Assembly (NCBI GenBank): GCA_040285825.1
Contig: JAUPSS010000003.1
Coordinates: 2,294,001-2,358,000 of the forward strand
DNA from: Eukaryota sp. TZLM1-RC
Lineage: Eukaryota > Protista > Metamonada: BaSk clade
Reading direction: 5' to 3'
DNA length: 64,000 bases
Shown: positions 57,751 through 64,000 of the stretch, one piece after another
Layout: every line of letters starts with the position of its first letter
Position numbering within the stretch: the first letter of the stretch is position 1
The notes under the pieces: generated by a model
Told to the model about the DNA's origin: nothing
Seen by the model: the letters and a program-made list of their open reading frames with translations, nothing else
Database searches by the model: none
Translations under genes and position numbers: made by a program

Positions 57751-58394
57751 AGTCAATATCTTCAAAACAAGCTTCAACACCATCAAACCTTACAGCAGCA
57801 ATGTTTTCATAATGTGCACTGACAGACATTAAAGCTTTCGAAATCATTTTAGGAATTGATTTGAAAATAGTAAAAAACTTGATTCATAACTTGATTCAAA
57901 GAGATATCGCCTTCTTTCATCAAGTTAGCCAAACAAGTTAGCCTTGTAAGTTGTTTGTATACAGAGTACCCGTAGTCTTTCAAAACAGCAAGTCAAGACA
58001 GTAGTTGACTGGGTCATTGACAATCCATACATTGATTTGCGTAACCTATAACAGTCCATTTATTAAAAATTTGACGTCCGTATATCAAAATCAACAGCAT
58101 TATTGGCATATACTTTGGCGTTAAAGGATGTAAGTATTCCTTCACCTTTGGCTAGAAATTTGTATATGATTGGCAGACAAAGACAAGAACAACAAATTGG
58201 AAATATTGTTGATGATTCGTTTACCACCTTTGATACCGTAATAAGAAACAGTAATACGACATTACTGGTCACATTCCGGTGACGCATCAAAGGAGAACAT
58301 CGAAAATAGAAAAAAATGGGAATTATGGGGAATATCCATTTTGAGTGCAACACACAGTTCATCACCCACCTCTATTATCTGCAGTTTTCCCTGC

Positions 58395-59395
58395 TTCACT
58401 ATTCTTCCAATGACCTTCTCATGCAGTTGGTTAATCATTCATTCAGTAGTAAGTTGCGTTTACCCTGTTCTCCCCAAGTAATCATACCTTCTGTCTTACG
58501 CTTAGCTTCTCTTACTTGTTTTGACCTTCCCTCTACATCCTCAATAGCAACACTGTCCTCCACCGCCAATCCTCCCAAAAACCGAAGGAACACCGGGTAT
58601 CGCCACGTCATCACTAACAGAGTTGTCTACTTTCTCTTTACTCTACACATCTGCTCTCTCAACATTTCATGAATCGAGGGTACCAGTTATTCATTCAATG
58701 TCACTCTCCAATTCTGTTCAATTTGTTCCCGCACCCTGTCACACTCTATCGCTCCACATTTCTCCTAAACTCAGTTTCCCATTTCTGTATCATTAGTCAC
58801 AGCACATTTAATTTACATTGTACTTAACCTCTCTGTTCAACTTCAAATTGAATATTGTTTTGCTTTTATTAAAAAGTGTCATTTTTCTTTATTTATTATT
58901 CCCAATTCCACCCAATATTCTGTGGTTTAATTAGTTTTTCCAACCCCACGTTTATTATCTCCTGATTTCACTATTTTATTTGATTATACTTCAATTACCA
59001 TGAATAACCAACATTTTTGGTCAAAATACTTCTTTCTATTGTTTTCCTTTTTCTTCAGATTTGGATCTAATTCTTTCATTTGCTTGGTTCAAAAACCCAA
59101 ATCTCACGTCATCTTTTTCAATTAGTTCCTGTCAAATCCTAGTATTCTTTGGGTTTCTTTTACATTTATTTAGATTCAACTTAATTTTATTGAACTTTAG
59201 ATTCAACATAGAGTCTTCCAAATATTGAGAGTAATTCTCTTTATTTAGAGTCTTTTTTTATAAATACATAAACGACTGAGTAATCATCGATCATTTGGTT
59301 TTTAACTGTTTGAAGGTGATTACGGTCAAGAAAGATCTGATTACATGTGACTGTATAGTCTACATGTTTTGGATCTTTGCAGGTTTATTCCTATT
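58395..59395. repeat. Second copy of the 1-kb dispersed repeat
   Basis: Reverse complement of 28345-29330. Confidence 0.85.
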
Positions 59396-60589
59396 ATAAT
59401 CCACTTTTTCAATGAGCTTCAACTGGATTTGTTACAATTACACCGCAGTTGCTTTTTTCATTTACTTGTATTCTTATTTTCTCAAAAATTGTATACTTTT
59501 TCTACATATAAAGCCAATTGAATATGTTGCCAAATTCTTTTTAACCAATCTCTTGAAGTCATCATTCAAAGTCTGTACTCTTCACGTAGTTAATGGTATT
59601 GTTAGACAGCTGCTTCTAACTTATGTAACTAGGAATTAGGTTTTTTTCAGGCGTCAATAATGAGTCCAATCTGTTTCAAATTGATTTCGTTGTACGCCTG
59701 ATGCTATCTAGAGCAGGTTCCGGCAGCAGTAACTATAATAACTATGCCTTTGGCTGCTGATCAGGTTTATTTGAATAATTGATGGTCACAACCATATTCT
59801 TACATTCTATCATGGTCTGCAACTTCGTCAGTAGCAACTTATACAAGTGTTTTAAAATCGGGTATTGTTTGATTATTGATACGGGAAGCAAGGTATTCAG
59901 ATCTTTAATGACAATACCAGCAGCAAAACGTTTCATAAACAGTCAGTGTTTTTCTTCACCTTCAAAAAGCTTCTAATGTAATCATTCAATCCTTTTTGTG
60001 TCCCTAGATATTTTTGGGTTCATTTTCGACAGAGAGAACGTTTCTTTGACAGCTTTATTTGTTTTTTACACGTGTAATTGTGAATAACGGTAGATACAGG
60101 AGTTGTTTGTCAATGTTGCACGGAAAATCATGGAATAGAAACACTAGAATCGATTTATAATTCAATTTATAATCTATTTATACAGTTAAAAAGACATCAA
60201 CTGCAAAACGTATTCATGGATACAGCCAACACCTCGGAGGAAAATGAAGCTATGTCATTCTGTGTATTCCTATGATGCTTAGACCAAGGAGGTATGTTCA
60301 CGAAGTCATAAGACCAGCGAACCATCAATGAGTCCATAGAGTCGTTATACGTCGTCGAGATCTTGCATTACTCACTACATAAACAGGCACAATCACTCGA
60401 CCAGCCTTTTGTACTGCTGTTAGTGTTTTGATTAATCAGACTTGATTTTGGAAAATCGCTTTTTCCAAGTGGCAACACTGTACTTAGTTACATGTTTCCA
60501 ATGTGGTGTAAGTCGTTTGAAATGGCACAATCGCAAATCTAGCATGGTTCTTGGACCAATAGAATGTTGGTTCTGGATTACGCCACTGG

Positions 60590-60890
60590 TAATTGGACGA
60601 ATTCCATCTTGCTTTGTAACTTTTCCAGATTTTTCAAAGGCAATTAAACGAGCAGCCAGTAATTCAGTTGGAGGAGTTGTATTTAGACAAACTGACTTTT
60701 GGAAATTTTTGCAAGATCGGCACAAATTTCTGGAGCTTTTCTACAAGCGGATTTCAAAACATCAAATGAAATATCAGAAGGACCTGTCGATTTTCCATTA
60801 CGAAGATGGTTGATAACTCTCTGTACTTCAGTTGAATTTATGGTTGTATCAGCCCAGAACTACCAAATTTTTGGCTTGGTACAACCAAGC
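60590..60890 (-). mobile_element. CRE-like RT N-terminal fragment
   Basis: ELLAARLIAFEK...DGIRPI. Confidence 0.65.
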
Positions 60891-60895
60891 CAAAG

Positions 60896-61345
60896 TTGGT
60901 AGTGTTGTATCACATACAAGAAGGACATTTCAATACCCGTCAATTTACTAGTTTTCTTGCAGACCTGTTTAGACACAGGGTACTGTCGACAATTGGTGGG
61001 GCAAATTCTGTTGTGGTACTGGACGGTTGTCACATACATAAGTCCAACAATATCTCTAAAGCATTCCTACTTTCAGGTGTTCGATATGTCATACTTTCGC
61101 CTTATTCGCTGGAATGTAATCCAATATAAGCCTTTTTTGGTGTTCTACGCAGAAAGGTGAGTGAGTTCTCTCTTTTTCATCTATCCACCTCCCAGCTGCA
61201 GTTACTACAGCTTGTTCTTCGCAATCATATGAATTTTGATTGCAGAGAACTTTTTGACCACAGTGGATGGAGACATTTTCGTACATACAAATCTCCTTAT
61301 CTTCATGGGCGACAATTTGAACAGTGGCAAAGTTTTTTAGATTAA
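60896..61345 (+). pseudogene. IS630/Tc1-mariner DDE transposase C-terminal remnant
   Basis: VVVLDGCHIHK...LSPYSLECNPI (cf. LPPYSPxxNPIE); C-terminus homologous to 63787-63939. Confidence 0.75.
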
Positions 61346-62299
61346 ATTAGTTTATAAATTAGTTTATTAAATAGTTGATATGTTAATTATTAATCGGTAT
61401 GTTGGGTGTCCTCTTGAATTCTGACTGTTTCCAAAAGTGTTTCTGCTGACGGACTCAAGGAAGCTTTTGAATGGGGACGTAACAAAGTGGATCGAACAAA
61501 GACATCCAGCTCACGATGTAGTTTATTTTCTAGAGCACTAAACAGTTCGTCCATTTCGCATTTTAGTTGCTTTACTTTGGCCAAGGTGTACTGGACAATT
61601 TCTTCAGCCACCTCAGGACAAATCTGGTCATCTAAGTTGACGTTTCCCAGATAGCCTACCACCTATAGTTATCAACCTGGAGTTCATTTTGAGGATGCAC
61701 TTACCAATATCAGGACGAATTCAGCACGATATTATATTTTTTTAGTTTTTTCGATTTAACATTCGGAACAGTTACATTGTTTTTTCCAATAGTAGATCAA
61801 CACTCCAATACATGAACGAAGATGTCTTGCAATAGTTTGAATGGACGCAAGATGCTTGCTACCAGCTTTAAACCAAGTCGCTTCTGCTCATCCTGATAAT
61901 CAATAGTGGATTCACTGCTTTCATCAGAAAGTATCCTTTAAGGGTCCAATTGTTTGGGAAGAACTGGCGGTATAGTTATTCCAGACTGAACAGAACAACA
62001 AGCCCAACGGGGCAGTTGGTCGGAACGATAACCAGCAACACGAGTAGCAGTATGATAGGAGTTTGAAAGAGTAGTGTTTATACCTAAAGCAGCCAAAAGA
62101 AATAAGCATTGATCAGCCTACAAGTGGTAGAGATGTCGAGAAGCGTGACGTAAGGAGCTGAAAAGATTCCAATCAGAGCCAAAGTCGACTCCTTTCCATG
62201 AAATCAAAGGGCCAACTTCATCAAGATATCTTGCAATAGTTTCAGTGGGCGTGAGAAACATGCTACCAGCTTTAAATTAAGTGGTTTTCTTACAATTCT

Positions 62300-62560
62300 T
62301 ACAGATCCTTTCGGTTCCTCCACTTTTCAGTACAACATTATCCCCAGCAGGTGATTGTTGTTACGTAACCCTTTTTGCCATTTCTCTTTACTATATATTG
62401 GAAGTAAAATTTTGTCAATTTTTTTCACCAATATCTCTATTCTTTAGTATAAACTTGTGTATTCCTTAGTACTCTTCTTCATTAGAATACAAGCAGCTCG
62501 AATTTGAGAACAAGGATATCCACAGTGTTTTGTTTCACTACATGAACAAGTCCCTTCATT
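62300..62560 (-). pseudogene. SWIM zinc-finger remnant, probable MULE transposase
   Basis: Minus-strand EGTCSCSETKHCGYPCSQIRAAC at about 62490-62560. Confidence 0.55.
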
Positions 62561-62599
62561 CAAAACCAGAAGACCTTTTGGGGTGGGTTGTTGCAAAGA

Positions 62600-63330
62600 C
62601 GGAGATGATTTACTTCGTGCTTAACTTTTGAGGGGCAATCACGAGCTAGATGAACTTTCTGATGACATTTGAAACATGTCCCGTCAGCCAGATTGACAGA
62701 CTTATGGGATGAACGAGACTTCATACCAGCTTGACGCACAGGGTCAGTATTTTCAGAAACAGTCTTGGAAGACCTGTTTCAAGAAGCTACTCGCGTGCAA
62801 TCAAGTAGTTCATCCTCCGCGGTATTTACTTAATGTAGGAAAATCGGGGAATACCTCGTCCGAATTCGAAAAATCAGAGATTTCTGCAGTCCTAATGGAA
62901 GAATACCCTTTGGCGAATCTGATCATGAAGGTTGAGTCAGGCAATTTCTGTCCGGAAGCCCTGCATTTCGCCTGAAGAAAACGTCTCAGGTAGCAGGACA
63001 TACGTTCACGGACATCAACCTTCAACTCAGACATCACCAAGTTGAATTCCTCGTACGAGGAAACGAGGTGGAGGATCTAAGATGATCCAGAAACACCTCA
63101 TCGGATGAATCAACCCCAGGTCTTGTGAGAACCAATGATTCTAACGAGAAGGGGTCAAGGAGGAGCCTTGCTGGAACAAGGTCCTTCTTCGGTGTAACAG
63201 AAGAGTACACCTTCCACTGTTGTAGGAACAACAGAACATCATCCACTCCCATAGAAACAAGAGAATATGTGTAGAAATCACCTGTAATGAGGCCCATCAA
63301 TTTTAGATGTCATCAGACAGAAGTTCTAAA
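62600..63330 (-). mobile_element. Decayed gag of the LTR family related to the miniature element at 1754-2580
   Basis: MSELKVDVRERMSCYLRRFLQAK matches ORF 2176-2400. Confidence 0.7.
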
Positions 63331-63786
63331 GCTGTTTAGAGATAAAAGAAAGTTATAATTATGTACTGTGAATTTCAATCGAAATGCATATTTTAGGTGA
63401 AATTCACCCTCTTTCATAATTTCCTCACATTGCTTTTTTGATGACATCTTTCTCAAGTGATGCATGTAAACAGCTTGATTTTAACACACATGTTGCTACA
63501 CAACCGTTGAAGTCTCCAAACACTCCAAATCCCCTTTCTCTTGAACAATTCAATAACAGTCTCAGTATTCCAGTCAGTGTCAACTACTACCTTTCAAGTA
63601 GGGGAAATGCTCTATCAATTAAGAAAGTTACATTGTTTTATGACAAGATAGAAACTTGGGATACCACAACTGTAGAACAGTTCTTCTTAAAACATTTCAA
63701 ATCAGTTCTTGTAACGGAAGGTAAAATGCTGAATAGTAGTAGACTTTCCCTTCTTTTAACATAAACTTTGTTGACTTAATAAAGGT

Positions 63787-63939
63787 TTATTCCAATTGTC
63801 TACTGAGATTTGGATTGACTAGATATGATGACTGGTAGAAATTTCTATATCCAGCATGATCAAATATGGCTCTACAATCGACTCTCATATGATTGTTCAA
63901 TACGAAGTGTAATATTTCAATTTGATTCAAATGTGATAA
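63787..63939 (-). pseudogene. IS630/Tc1-like transposase C-terminal remnant
   Basis: VLNNHMRVDCRAIFDHAGYRNF similar to VLRNHMNFDCRELFDHSGWRHF at about 61215-61280. Confidence 0.55.
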
Positions 63940-64000
63940 GTAGGATTTCGATTTGAGTCGAGTCAAGTTAACTCGAGTCAAACTTATCTGACTCGACTCG
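63940..64000. repeat. Clustered GAGTC/GACTC short repeats, possibly a DNA transposon end
   Basis: taggatttcgatttgagtcgagtcaagttaactcgagtcaaacttatctgactcgactcg cuts the transposase remnant; the other end is outside the window. Confidence 0.4.

Noticed and set aside
61818-62282. About 60-bp direct repeat pair (near 61820 and 62223) as LTRs
   Set aside because: Diverged, with no TG...CA ends, TSD or PPT

Overview
AT-rich, intron-poor eukaryotic (protist-like) DNA using the standard genetic code. Host genes sit among nested transposon remnants. Housekeeping genes: DBP10/DDX54, tRNA-Lys(CTT), TBP and an exosome RNase PH subunit (MTR3-like). Mobile DNA: a full-length but stop-interrupted Ty3/gypsy element (149-bp LTRs, TAAT TSD), a miniature LTR element, a second gypsy remnant, many CRE-like RT+RLE non-LTR fragments nested with recognisable TSDs, a hAT derivative, a MITE, and IS630/Tc1 and MULE remnants. 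The best candidate for an undescribed system is an inverted gene cluster at 45.3-52.5 kb. It has two TRIM-like E3 ligase genes (RING, two B-boxes, coiled coil) whose C-terminal domain is a phage tail-collar/fibre tip. The constant regions are nearly identical, the tips are strongly diverged (three tip variants), and the pair encloses two unknown small paralogues. A second candidate is an RI-type LRR protein with an integrated eIF4G fragment (eIF4E-binding motif plus partial MIF4G). All domain calls are by eye from motifs; no searches were run.
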